From positions 12,052 through 76,051 of the forward strand of contig URKG01000006.1 of the NCBI GenBank assembly GCA_900548265.1: a stretch of DNA of 64,000 bases. Reading direction: 5' to 3'. Shown piece by piece: positions 28,912-38,025 of this stretch. A program made the translations under genes and the position numbers. How positions within the stretch are numbered: the first letter of the stretch is position 1; each line of letters opens with the position of its first letter. This DNA comes from an uncultured Collinsella sp. (GTDB lineage Bacteria; Actinomycetota; Coriobacteriia; Coriobacteriales; Coriobacteriaceae). The notes beneath the pieces are model-generated. The model did no database searches. It was not told the origin of the DNA and saw only the letters and a list, made by a program, of their open reading frames with translations.

Positions 28912-30738
28912 ATGGCAAAGGGATCAAAAAGGGAAGGTGGAGGCATCGGCGAGTTGCTCGCGTATGCCGGTGACCGTAAATTCCTAACGTATTTGGGCAT
29001 GGCGCTCTCGGCGCTCTCGCAGCTGCTGAGCTTTGGCCCGTACGTGTGCATTTGGCTTGTCGCTCGCGACCTGATCGCCGTGGCACCTAACTGGAGCGAA
29101 GCCTGCGACATCGCGATGTATGGCTGGTGGGCCGTGGGGTTTGCGCTGGCAAGCATCGTAGCTTATTTCGTGGGGCTCATGTGCACGCACCTGTCTGCGT
29201 TTCGCTGCGCGTCCAATATCCGCAAGACTACGAGCGAGCACCTGCTTAAGCTGCCGCTCGGCTACTTTGACACGCACGCCACCGGTGAGCTGCGCCGTAT
29301 TGTAGACGGATGCGCCGCCTCCACCGAGACCCTGCTCGCGCACATGCTGCCCGATATCGCCGGCGCCGCCGCCATGGTCGTGGGCTTGCTCGTGCTGCTT
29401 TTCGCCCTCGATTGGCGCTTGGGCGCGGCATGCCTTATCTCGGTCGTCGTTTCGTTTGGCGCCATGGCCACCATGATGAGCGGCGAAGGCGCCGAGTTCA
29501 TGAAGGCCTACATGGGAGCGCTGGTCAAGATGAACAAGACCGGCACCGAATACGTACGCGGCATCCCCGTGGTCAAGGTGTTTCAGCAGACGGTCTACTC
29601 CTTTAAGGCCTTCCACGATGCAATCGCCGAATACGCCGACATGGCGCAAAACTATGCGGGCACGTTCTGCCGAGGTCCGCAGGTACTCAACCTTACCGCG
29701 CTCAATGGTCTTGTGGCATTCCTGTTGCCCGTGGCGTTGCTGTTGGCGCCAGGCGAGACGGACTTCGCGCATTTTATGACCAACTTCACGTTTTACGCGA
29801 TATTTTCGGCCGTGGTACCGACGGCCATGACCAAGCTCATGTTTGTGGGCGAGGCCTCTCAGATGAGTGCCGATTCGTTGGCTCGTATTCGAAGCGTCAT
29901 GGATTCCAAGCAGCTCTCCGTGCCCGCCCAACCCAAGCACCCTGCCGGCAGCGACGTGCGATTTGAGGACGTGAGCTTTACGTACGAGGGCGCCGAGGCA
30001 CCTGCCGTTAGCCATGTAAGTTTCAGCGTTCCCGCTGGTAGCACCCTCGCCCTGGTGGGTCCCTCGGGTGGCGGTAAGTCAACCTGCGCAAGCCTGATCC
30101 CGCGTTTTTGGGATGTCTCCTCGGGTCGAGTGCTCGTAGGCGGTGTGGACGTTCGCGATATGGATCCGCACGAGCTTATGGACCAGGTCGCCTTCGTGTT
30201 CCAGACCAACCAGCTGTTCCGGCAAACACTTGCCGACAACGTGCGCGCCTCCAAGCCTACGGCCACTGACGACGAAGTGCGTGCGGCCCTCTCCGCAGCT
30301 CAGTGCGACGACATTGTGGCCAAGCTCCCGCAGGGCATCAATACCATGCTCGGCGCTGGCGGAGCATATCTTTCGGGCGGCGAGGTCCAGCGCGTGGCGC
30401 TCGCCCGCGCGATCCTTAAAGACGCGCCTATCGTGGTGCTCGACGAGGCCACGGCGTTTGCCGATCCCGAGAACGAGGCGCTCATCCAGCGCGCCTTTAG
30501 CAAGCTGGCGGCGGGCCGCACGGTCATTCTGATTGCGCACCGGCTTTCGACCGTGGTGGGCGCAGACCAAATCGTGGTGCTCAACCAGGGCAGCGTGCAG
30601 GAGTCGGGTACCCATGCCGAGCTGCTGTCCCAAAACGGCCTGTATGCCAAGATGTGGGCTGAGTACGAGCGGGCCGCGAGTTGGAAGATTACTGCTACGA
30701 CCGCGGATACCGCCGTCGCGAAGGGAGGCGAGGCCTAA
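28912..30738 (+). CDS. ABC transporter permease/ATPase, IrtA/YbtP-like subunit
   Basis: THLSAF, ETLLAHMLPD, EYVRGIPVVKVF; GPSGGGKST, LSGGEVQR, LDEATAFADPENE. Confidence 0.9.
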   Translation: MAKGSKREGGGIGELLAYAGDRKFLTYLGMALSALSQLLSFGPYVCIWLVARDLIAVAPNWSEACDIAMYGWWAVGFALASIVAYFVGLMCTHLSAFRCASNIRKTTSEHLLKLPLGYFDTHATGELRRIVDGCAASTETLLAHMLPDIAGAAAMVVGLLVLLFALDWRLGAACLISVVVSFGAMATMMSGEGAEFMKAYMGALVKMNKTGTEYVRGIPVVKVFQQTVYSFKAFHDAIAEYADMAQNYAGTFCRGPQVLNLTALNGLVAFLLPVALLLAPGETDFAHFMTNFTFYAIFSAVVPTAMTKLMFVGEASQMSADSLARIRSVMDSKQLSVPAQPKHPAGSDVRFEDVSFTYEGAEAPAVSHVSFSVPAGSTLALVGPSGGGKSTCASLIPRFWDVSSGRVLVGGVDVRDMDPHELMDQVAFVFQTNQLFRQTLADNVRASKPTATDDEVRAALSAAQCDDIVAKLPQGINTMLGAGGAYLSGGEVQRVALARAILKDAPIVVLDEATAFADPENEALIQRAFSKLAAGRTVILIAHRLSTVVGADQIVVLNQGSVQESGTHAELLSQNGLYAKMWAEYERAASWKITATTADTAVAKGGEA

Positions 30739-32496
30739 ATGTTCGCCTCATTCCAAAAGAAGTATTTCCTATCCGATAAAGGCATCGCCGGCGTAAAACG
30801 CGGCATCTTCTGGACCACGCTCACCAATCTTATTACCATGGCCGGCATGGGCTTTCTATTCCTGGTTATGGCCAGCTTTGTCGAGCATCTCGCCAGCGGG
30901 GCTGACCTGCCGGATGCCCTGCCGATCGTGGGCGGCCTCCTGGTCTTTTTCGTGATGCTCTTTGCCTCTAACTGGCAGCAGTATTACTACACCTACTGCA
31001 TCTTTTACGAGGAGTGCGGCAAGCAGCGTATGGAGATCGCCGAGCGCTTGCGCAAATTGCCGCTGTCGTTTTTTGGTCGTCGTGATCTGGCCGATTTAAC
31101 CGAGACTATCATGGGTGACGTCCAGGCCATGGAGCACGCCTACAGCCACGTGCTGGGAGAGCTTTGGGGTGCCATCATCGCAAGCGCAATTGTATTCGTG
31201 GCGTCGCTGTTCTTTTGCTGGCAGCTGGCGATTGCGGCGTTTTGGAGCGTTCCCGTGGCCTTTGCCGTGCTGTATCTAACGCGCGGCCCCATGACTCCGG
31301 TGTTCGATCGCGTGCGTGCCGAGAAGGTCAAGGTTACCGAGGCAATTCAAGAGACGCTCGACTGCGTTCGCGAGATCCGCGCCACCAACCAGGAGGCCCA
31401 TTATCTTGAGGGGCTCAACGCCGTGATCGATGCCGAGGAGCGCGAGACTACCAAGGGCGAGCTCGTTAACGGGCTTTTGGTCAACTCCGCCTTTGCCATC
31501 CTGCGTCTGGGCATTGCCACCACGCTGGTCACGGGTGCCGCGATGGTCGCCTCCGGGCAGGTCGACTTTTTGGTGTTGTTTGCCTTCCTGCTTATGGTGA
31601 GCCGTATCTATGCGCCCTTTGACCAGGCATTAATGTTAGTGTCCGAGCTGTTTGCCGCCGAGTCGTCTGCCAAGCGCATGCGTTCCATCATGGAAGAGCC
31701 TGTGGCGCGGGGCAGCGAGAACTTTGAGCCTGCGGGCCACGATGTGGTGTTCGATCACGTGGCATTTGGCTATGGTGCGGGCGAGGACGGACGCGCCGGC
31801 GAGAAAGTTCTTACCGATGTGAGCTTTACCGCCAAGGAAGGCGAGGTCACGGCGCTGGTCGGTCCTTCGGGTTCCGGTAAGTCTACGGTGAGCCGCCTGG
31901 CCGCGCGCTTTTGGGATGCCACTGCGGGCAAGGTTGCCGTGGGCGGTGTGGATGTTGCGGGCGTGGATCCCGAGGTGCTGCTGCGCGACTACGCCATTGT
32001 GTTCCAAGACGTGCTGCTCTTTGACGACACGGTGATGGGAAACATCCGCCTCGGGCGTCGTGATGCCACCGATGAGGAAGTGCTTGCAGCCGCGCGTGCC
32101 GCCAACTGTGACGAGTTCGTGAACCGCATGCCGCAGGGCTATGACACTATGATTGGAGAGAACGGCTCCAAACTCTCCGGCGGCGAGCGCCAGCGCATCT
32201 CCATCGCCCGCGCACTGCTCAAAGACGCGCCCATCGTGCTGTTGGACGAGGCGACGGCAAGCTTGGATGTGGAGAACGAGACCGTGGTGCAACAGGCACT
32301 CTCCCGTCTGCTTGCAGGTAAGACGGTTATCGTTATTGCCCACCGTATGCGTACGGTGGAAAATGCCGACAAAATCGTTGTGCTCAAGAATGGCGTGGTT
32401 GCCGAGCAGGGTTCTCCGGCACAGCTCAAGGCGGCAGGCGGAGAATTCGCCCGCATGGTTGCGCTGCAAAAGGAGGCGGCTGCCTGGCAGCTGTAG
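30739..32496 (+). CDS. ABC transporter permease/ATPase, IrtB/YbtQ-like subunit
   Basis: RLRKLPLSFFGRRDLADLT, GPSGSGKST, LSGGERQR, LDEATASLDVENE. Confidence 0.9.
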   Translation: MFASFQKKYFLSDKGIAGVKRGIFWTTLTNLITMAGMGFLFLVMASFVEHLASGADLPDALPIVGGLLVFFVMLFASNWQQYYYTYCIFYEECGKQRMEIAERLRKLPLSFFGRRDLADLTETIMGDVQAMEHAYSHVLGELWGAIIASAIVFVASLFFCWQLAIAAFWSVPVAFAVLYLTRGPMTPVFDRVRAEKVKVTEAIQETLDCVREIRATNQEAHYLEGLNAVIDAEERETTKGELVNGLLVNSAFAILRLGIATTLVTGAAMVASGQVDFLVLFAFLLMVSRIYAPFDQALMLVSELFAAESSAKRMRSIMEEPVARGSENFEPAGHDVVFDHVAFGYGAGEDGRAGEKVLTDVSFTAKEGEVTALVGPSGSGKSTVSRLAARFWDATAGKVAVGGVDVAGVDPEVLLRDYAIVFQDVLLFDDTVMGNIRLGRRDATDEEVLAAARAANCDEFVNRMPQGYDTMIGENGSKLSGGERQRISIARALLKDAPIVLLDEATASLDVENETVVQQALSRLLAGKTVIVIAHRMRTVENADKIVVLKNGVVAEQGSPAQLKAAGGEFARMVALQKEAAAWQL

Positions 32497-32497
32497 G

Positions 32498-32554
32498 AAT
32501 GTGACAAAGGGACAGTCCCATAATGTGACAAAGGGGCAGTCCCTTCGTCATATT
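32498..32554. repeat. GGGACAGTCCC-loop hairpin with a 24-bp tandem duplication of its left arm
   Basis: AATGTGACAAAGGG(A/G)CAGTCCC twice, then TTCGTCATATT. Confidence 0.8.
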
Positions 32555-32577
32555 GACCTCACCCCCATAGTTTCCAA

Positions 32578-32617
32578 AGAGTTAACCTTTGTTGACCTTA
32601 TTAGTTAGATAAACTAA
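32578..32617. promoter_or_regulatory. Putative metal-responsive (DtxR/MntR-like) operator region
   Basis: AT-rich dyad TTAGTT-AGATA-AACTAA at 32601-32617, beside a TTGACC -35 and upstream of a metal ATPase operon. Confidence 0.5.
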
Positions 32618-32707
32618 AGTATTTTCTAAAAGTGCGCTCGAGCTAACTAATGAACTCGGGTGCTGAGGCGCCGTGCCGCGTCCAATGCGGCAAAAGGGAG
32701 AAGCAAC

Positions 32708-32953
32708 ATGAAGAAGTCGACGTTTAACACCCTGCTTGTTGGTGGCGGTTTTCTGCTCGGCACGGCCGGCATCAAGCTGCTCACCAGCGCTCCGGTAAAG
32801 AACGCCTGCGTGCAGGGCATCGCGTGCGGTATGCGCGTCAAGAACTGCTACCAGGACATGGTCGAGCAGGCCAAGGCTAATGTCGATGACATGGTTGCCG
32901 AGGCTGCCTACATCACCCAGAGCGAGGCCGCTGCTGACGAGGCAGCCGAGTAG
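32708..32953 (+). CDS. Small protein of the type found before iron-associated P1B ATPases (DUF1490/DUF6110-like)
   Basis: GGFLLGTAGIKLL..ANVDDMVAEA; RBS GGGAG. Confidence 0.7.
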   Translation: MKKSTFNTLLVGGGFLLGTAGIKLLTSAPVKNACVQGIACGMRVKNCYQDMVEQAKANVDDMVAEAAYITQSEAAADEAAE

Positions 32954-32971
32954 CGCTCCTAGGCACAAACT

Positions 32972-35047
32972 ATGAGATTCTCGATTATCAGCGAGATCCC
33001 TGGCAGGACCCGTCTTCAATTGGCGGGTCCTGTGCCAGAGAGCGATCTCGATGCGCTTCTTAAGCTTGGTGGCGATATCGACGGCGTGCACAAGGTGCGC
33101 GTGTATGGCCGTATTGGCCAGATGGCGCTGGAGTACGACGAGCCGCGCCGCGCGAGCGTGCTCGACGCCTTGGGCGCACTCGATGCTCAAGCTATCGCCG
33201 ATGCCAAGTCGGGCTACGTGATGCAACTCGAGCCGCGCAAGCACAAGCTCGTCATGGATCTTGCCACACTTATCGGCGCCCACTACGCGCGCCGCTGGTT
33301 CCTGCCTACGCCGCTGCGTGCCATCTTTGTCGTGGCCGGTTACATAACCTTTTTGCGCGCCGCTCTCCACGAGCTCGCGCAACCGCGTCTGACCGTCCCC
33401 GTGCTCGATGCCTCGGCCATTGGCATCTCGTTTGTTAAGCGCGACGTCAATACCGCGGGCCAGACGATGTTCCTGCTCAACGTGGGCGAGTTGCTCGAGG
33501 ACTACACGCGCGCCATGAGCGAAAACGAGCTCATCAACTCGCTGCTCGATGTGCCCGACAAGGCGCAAAAGGTCGTCGGCGACACCGAGGTGAGCGTTGC
33601 CGCCACCGAGCTTGAGCCCGGCGACTTGGTAGCCGTGCGCACCGGCATGTCCATCTGCATTGACGGTGTGGTCGAACAGGGGAGCGCCATGGTCAACCAG
33701 GCGACCCTGACCGGCGAGCCGCTTGCCGTCGAGCGCAGCGCGGGCGACGATGTATTCGCCGGCACCGTCGTGGAAGACGGCAGTATCTTGGTGCGTGTGC
33801 GCGCCAACACGGCTCAGACCAAGCTCCGCTCGATCGTCTCGCTCGTGCAGGCGGCCGACTCGCTCAAGTCCGAGGGCCAGTCGCACATGGAAGACCTTGC
33901 CAACAAGATCGTCCCGTGGAACTTCCTGCTCGCGGGCCTGGTTGCGCTTACCACCCGCAGCCTTATCAAGACCTCAGCGGCGTTGATGGTCGACTACTCG
34001 TGCGCACTCAAGCTCACGGGTTCCGTCGCCGTCATGACTGCTATGAGCGATGCTGCCAAGATGGGCGTCATGGTCAAGGGCGCCAAGTACTTTGAGTCGT
34101 TTGCCAAGGCCGATACCATTGTCTTTGATAAGACCGGTACGCTCACCGAGGCACAGCCGCGTCTTGCCTGTGTGCTCACCACCGATGGCTGGAGCGAGGA
34201 CGAGGTCCTGCGCCTTTCCGCTTGCTTGGAGGAGCATTTTCCGCATCCGGTGGCGCGCGCCGTGGTCAACGCCGCCCGCGAGCGTGGGCTCGAGCATCGC
34301 GAGCGCCATGCCGCCGTCGAGTACATCGTGGCACACGGCATCGCTTCGTCCATCGAAGGGCGCCGCGCCATCATCGGTTCCGCGCACTTTGTATTCGAAG
34401 ATGAGGGTGCACAGCTCGAAACCGACATCAAGGAGCGCATCGAGTCCCAGATGCAGGGGCTGTCGCCGCTGTATCTGGCGGTCGACGGCACCGTTGTGGG
34501 CGTGCTCGGTATCGAGGACCCGCTCAAGTCCGGGGTCCGCGAGGCCATCGCCGACCTGCACGCGTTGGGCGTCAAGCATGTCGTTATGCTCACGGGCGAC
34601 TCCGAGCGCACGGCCGAGCGCATTGCGCGAGAGGCGGGCGTCGACGAGTTTAAGGCCGAGCTGCTGCCCGAGGACAAGTACGCGTATGTGGAGCGCATTA
34701 AGAGTGAGGGGCGCCACGTTGCCATGGTGGGTGACGGCGTCAACGACTCACCGGCGCTCGGTTTGGCCGACGTGGGCCTAGCGATGGGTGGCGGAAGCGA
34801 CATCGCCAAGGAGGTCGCCGACATCATCCTGACCGACACTGATCTCGCTGCGATCGTACGCCTGCGCCGCATGAGCCAGGGCCTCATTGATCGTCTGACG
34901 AGCTCCTACTCTAAGGTGATGCTCACCAACTCAGCACTCTTGGCACTGGGCATTACCGGCATGATCACTCCGCAGACTTCGTCACTGCTGCACAACGGCT
35001 CAACGATCGCCTACAGCCTGAGCAACGCAAAGGCGTACCTGCGTTAG
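32972..35047 (+). CDS. Heavy-metal translocating P1B-type ATPase
   Basis: LTGEP, membrane motif DYSCAL, DKTGTLT, HP, MLTGD, GDGVNDSPAL. Confidence 0.94.
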   Translation: MRFSIISEIPGRTRLQLAGPVPESDLDALLKLGGDIDGVHKVRVYGRIGQMALEYDEPRRASVLDALGALDAQAIADAKSGYVMQLEPRKHKLVMDLATLIGAHYARRWFLPTPLRAIFVVAGYITFLRAALHELAQPRLTVPVLDASAIGISFVKRDVNTAGQTMFLLNVGELLEDYTRAMSENELINSLLDVPDKAQKVVGDTEVSVAATELEPGDLVAVRTGMSICIDGVVEQGSAMVNQATLTGEPLAVERSAGDDVFAGTVVEDGSILVRVRANTAQTKLRSIVSLVQAADSLKSEGQSHMEDLANKIVPWNFLLAGLVALTTRSLIKTSAALMVDYSCALKLTGSVAVMTAMSDAAKMGVMVKGAKYFESFAKADTIVFDKTGTLTEAQPRLACVLTTDGWSEDEVLRLSACLEEHFPHPVARAVVNAARERGLEHRERHAAVEYIVAHGIASSIEGRRAIIGSAHFVFEDEGAQLETDIKERIESQMQGLSPLYLAVDGTVVGVLGIEDPLKSGVREAIADLHALGVKHVVMLTGDSERTAERIAREAGVDEFKAELLPEDKYAYVERIKSEGRHVAMVGDGVNDSPALGLADVGLAMGGGSDIAKEVADIILTDTDLAAIVRLRRMSQGLIDRLTSSYSKVMLTNSALLALGITGMITPQTSSLLHNGSTIAYSLSNAKAYLR

Positions 35048-35121
35048 CAGACGTGTTCGCCCACGTTATCTGGCCTGCGCCCAGACGGCATCGGTGTCGT
35101 CTGGGCGCAGGCCTTTTGCAT

Positions 35122-35170
35122 TTGACCATTTGCTAGCTTCTCTATATAGTGTTGCTAGCAAAGCTAGCAA
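35122..35170 (+). promoter_or_regulatory. Sigma-A promoter and autoregulatory operator of the toxin-antitoxin operon
   Basis: TTGACC-17 bp-TATAGT; three GCTAGC palindromes, one in the spacer and two just downstream. Confidence 0.8.
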
Positions 35171-35189
35171 TTGAAGAGAGGGGTTCGAC

Positions 35190-35543
35190 GTGGGTGCTGT
35201 TAGTGGCATGGCGCAGGTGAACGTTCGCGTGGATCGCCAGGTCAAGAACCGTGCCGAGGAGGCGCTGCGGCTTTCGGGCGCCTCGCTGCCCGAGCTCATC
35301 AAAAAGATCGTGGCCAAAGTCGCACAGGGTGGCGGGCAGTGTGAAGAAGTGCTGTCTGCCGTTGATGGCCGGCAACAGACCGTCGCGCACGATACTCCGT
35401 TCGCCGCGTCGTGGGCAGCGGCCGACCGGCTTTATGCAGATCTGGGCATCGCTCCGTCGCCCGTATCCGACGATCGCGGTTGGGACACAATCTATTCCGA
35501 AGCCATGGATGAGCATTATCGCCAAAAGGGGATGATCCAGTGA
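35190..35543 (+). CDS. RelB/DinJ-like ribbon-helix-helix antitoxin (start 35190 or 35208)
   Basis: MAQVNVRVDRQVKNRAEEALRLSGASLPELIK; stop overlaps the PIN gene start. Confidence 0.75.
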   Translation: MGAVSGMAQVNVRVDRQVKNRAEEALRLSGASLPELIKKIVAKVAQGGGQCEEVLSAVDGRQQTVAHDTPFAASWAAADRLYADLGIAPSPVSDDRGWDTIYSEAMDEHYRQKGMIQ

Positions 35544-36055
35544 GTGGGGCGCCTCTCAAGATCATGGTGGACGCCAACGTATGGGTTGATTCGTTTTGTG
35601 TTGACCATGCCGAGTCGCTTGCCGCGCGTGCGTTTATTGGGCAGGCGACGGAGACGGGGGCGTTGCTGTTCTTTCCGGTTCATATCGCTAAGGACGTGCT
35701 GTACGTTGTCCAACACGAGCTGAAGCGCAGCGTTCTTGCCAGCGGGGGAGCGCTCGACGAGGCATCTGCCCGTGCAATTGGCGATGCGGCGTTGGCGTTT
35801 GTCCGGAACATGACCGAAAACGCTACGGCCGTGGGTGCAGATGTGTCGGACCTTTGGCTGGCCGACAAATACTTAGCGCTCCATCGCGATTACGAGGACA
35901 ACTTGGTACTCGCTGCGTGCAAGCGCGCGCAGGTCGATTACTTGGTGACCAACGATCGCAAGCTGCTCGAACATGCCGATCTCGCAGCAAAGACCCCGCG
36001 CCAAATGATGCCGATTCTTGCTCTGGCCGAACGTGGTGGGCGGGTGTCCTGCTAA
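35540..36055 (+). CDS. PIN-domain (VapC-like) toxin
   Basis: IMVDANVWVD, DYEDNLVLAAC, YLVTNDRKLL. Confidence 0.88.
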   Translation: MSGAPLKIMVDANVWVDSFCVDHAESLAARAFIGQATETGALLFFPVHIAKDVLYVVQHELKRSVLASGGALDEASARAIGDAALAFVRNMTENATAVGADVSDLWLADKYLALHRDYEDNLVLAACKRAQVDYLVTNDRKLLEHADLAAKTPRQMMPILALAERGGRVSC

Positions 36056-36115
36056 CGCCTGGCTGTCTGCGCGGCCTTCGGAACGTCGGCGCTCAGAAGG
36101 CCGCGCATCCTTTAA

Positions 36116-36550
36116 TTACAAAAGCGCTGCCTTGACGAGGGGAGCTTCGGCGAGCTTTTTGGCAGCCTTTTCATCGGAATCGTTTAGTGCTGCCAGACTG
36201 CGGTAGACCCACTCGTTGACCTGGGTGTTCTTGACGCCTGCGGTCTGCATAAGGGCGCCTACCTCGCGGATTGCTGCGAACAGATCGGCCTTGGGCCCCG
36301 CGAGCTCGACCTCGATGCCGTGGTAGGCGGCCACGCCGCGGTTCTCACTCACGTGGTCGATAAAACCCTCGACGGTCTCAAGCTGCTGGGCGAGAGCCGC
36401 ATCATCGTCAGCGTCCAGCGCGACGAGTGCGTTCGATACCGTGAGGGCGGGATGTCCGCAGGGGACAAAGCCCTCGATGACATCCATAGCTTCGGTAATG
36501 GTTGAGCCCAGGCCTGCGAGGGCATTGACGAGTTGCTGCTTGGTATCCAT
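36116..36550 (-). CDS. Hypothetical helical protein (144 aa)
   Basis: RBS AAAGGA + ATG, host-like codons; no recognised motif. Confidence 0.75.
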   Translation of the reverse strand: MDTKQQLVNALAGLGSTITEAMDVIEGFVPCGHPALTVSNALVALDADDDAALAQQLETVEGFIDHVSENRGVAAYHGIEVELAGPKADLFAAIREVGALMQTAGVKNTQVNEWVYRSLAALNDSDEKAAKKLAEAPLVKAALL

Positions 36551-36787
36551 AACGGTCCTTTCGATGGGTCAATTTTGCTTGGCGAAAATATACGTGACGC
36601 GATCGGTAGCAAAAGTGCGAAGTGCGGCGCACATTGGGGTCTTCACAGCTCGTGCATAGAACAGCTGTCCGCTTTCAGAACGTGGTAAGATAACACTCCA
36701 CAAGCGGGGCTCGCCCCGCATGTTCCTTGAAAAGTCGACGGGTGTTGGGTGCTCGTGCCCAATACCATCCAGACTTTCCCGACATTC

Positions 36788-37151
36788 GGGGGCGACTGGT
36801 TTCGACACGATAGCTCTGAGAGAGGAAGCAAGCCGAGGTCTCCTCGCCTCGTTAAACAGGGGTACCGTCAAATTGAATTGACAACAACTCTTCTTTTGAG
36901 CCTATGGCTCTCGCTGCTTAGTTTATAGCGGCGCGTCAACCCGGTGATTTCCCCGACACCGGCGCGACGTCATTTTAGGGGAATGCTCCCGCGCGCGTAA
37001 TCGGTATGGCGCGGGCTAAGACCGAACCGGTTGGGATGCCGCGAGCGTGTCGCTGCGCGCAAAGCGTCCGAGACAAAACCAGCGACTGAGCTTGGAGATG
37101 CCAATCAGGGGGCTTTCGTGGACCGGAGTTCGATTCTCCGCGCCTCCACCA
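36788..37151 (+). ncRNA. ssrA: tmRNA; tag peptide (A)DNNSSFEPMALAA encoded at 36880-36921
   Basis: 5' GGGGGCGACTGGTTTCGAC; 3' T-arm GGAGTTCGATTCTCC and CGCCTCC-ACCA with G3-U pair; tag ends ALAA-stop. Confidence 0.97.
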
Positions 37152-37159
37152 ATAGTTAC

Positions 37160-37194
37160 AGGCAGGTAGAGAAGTGTCTCTACCTGCCTTTTTA
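37160..37194 (+). terminator. ssrA terminator
   Basis: AGGCAGGTAGAGA-AGTG-TCTCTACCTGCCT followed by a T run. Confidence 0.9.
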
Positions 37195-37204
37195 TTGCTT
37201 ACAG

Positions 37205-37341
37205 ATACCGCGGAGAATCGAACTCTATGCAGGGCGCGAGCGTTAAACAAACGCGAAGCGTTTTTAGCCCGCGGGCGAGGACGCCGGCAGGCGGCCGAAG
37301 CCGGTGCGGATTTGCGAAGCAAATACGCGGATTCTCCGCGC
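37205..37341 (+). repeat. tRNA-linked element downstream of ssrA (partial second copy at 37419-37472)
   Basis: Starts with the reverse complement of the ssrA T-arm (CGCGGAGAATCGAACTC) and ends with a direct copy GATTCTCCGCGC. Confidence 0.75.
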
Positions 37342-37480
37342 AAAGCCCCAACCCAAAAGAGATGTGCTGCCGACGACATTTCTGCTGGCTATGCCCCGCG
37401 CCGACTGATCCCCTTCATCCGCGGAGAATCGAACTCTGTGCAGGGCGCGGGCGTAAAGAAAACGCCGCAGCAACGCAGGG

Positions 37481-37788
37481 TGGGATGCGCTTTCCCGATG
37501 GCAGCCCAGGCGGAAAGCACGTCCCGGAATCCGCGCTCAGACTGGGATGTAGTTTCCGGATGATGCCTCAAGCGGAAACTGCGACCCGGAATCGAGCCGT
37601 AGAGTGGGATATGCTTTCCCAATGGCAGCTCAAGCGGAAAGTACATCCCGGAATCTTCGTTCGGAATGGGATGCAGTTTCCAAATGAATGGCTAGCGGAA
37701 AATTCATCACAGAATTCGCGCCCAGAACGGGACATGCTTTCCGGATGCCTGCTCAAGCGGAAACTGCGACCCGGAATTTGTCCTGAGA
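37481..37788. repeat. Tandem array of five ~62-bp palindromic units
   Basis: Units start at 37481, 37543, 37605, 37667, 37728: GGGATG..TTTCC-(about 16 bp)-GGAAA..CCC-GGAAT.. Confidence 0.88.
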
Positions 37789-37796
37789 CCGTGAGC

Positions 37797-37915
37797 AGTC
37801 AATTTGGGACGGGGCTATTTTAGCTACCCCTAAATGCCGGCTGATCGTTATCCCAGCTCCAGAGGGCTCATCGACAGTCAAAGGGTAGCTAAAATAGCCC
37901 CGTCCCAAATTGACT
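37797..37915. repeat. MITE/REPIN-like element with 33-bp perfect terminal inverted repeats (family C)
   Basis: AGTCAATTTGGGACGGGGCTATTTTAGCTACCC ... GGGTAGCTAAAATAGCCCCGTCCCAAATTGACT. Confidence 0.9.
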
Positions 37916-38025
37916 ACTCGGGGAGGGCGGCTTGACCGACCTGACCCCTCCAACTCCAAAACCTATGCGCCCTCCATTCCAAAACTGGGTAGAAGAAGGC
38001 CAAAACGCAATCGCAGGAGGTCAAT

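Noticed and set aside
37481..37788. CRISPR array
   Set aside because: Units are degenerate along their whole length, the linkers are short and related rather than unique spacers, and no cas genes are present.
37152..38025. Prophage or genomic island integrated at ssrA
   Set aside because: No integrase or cargo genes; only short repeat elements precede a housekeeping-type patatin gene.
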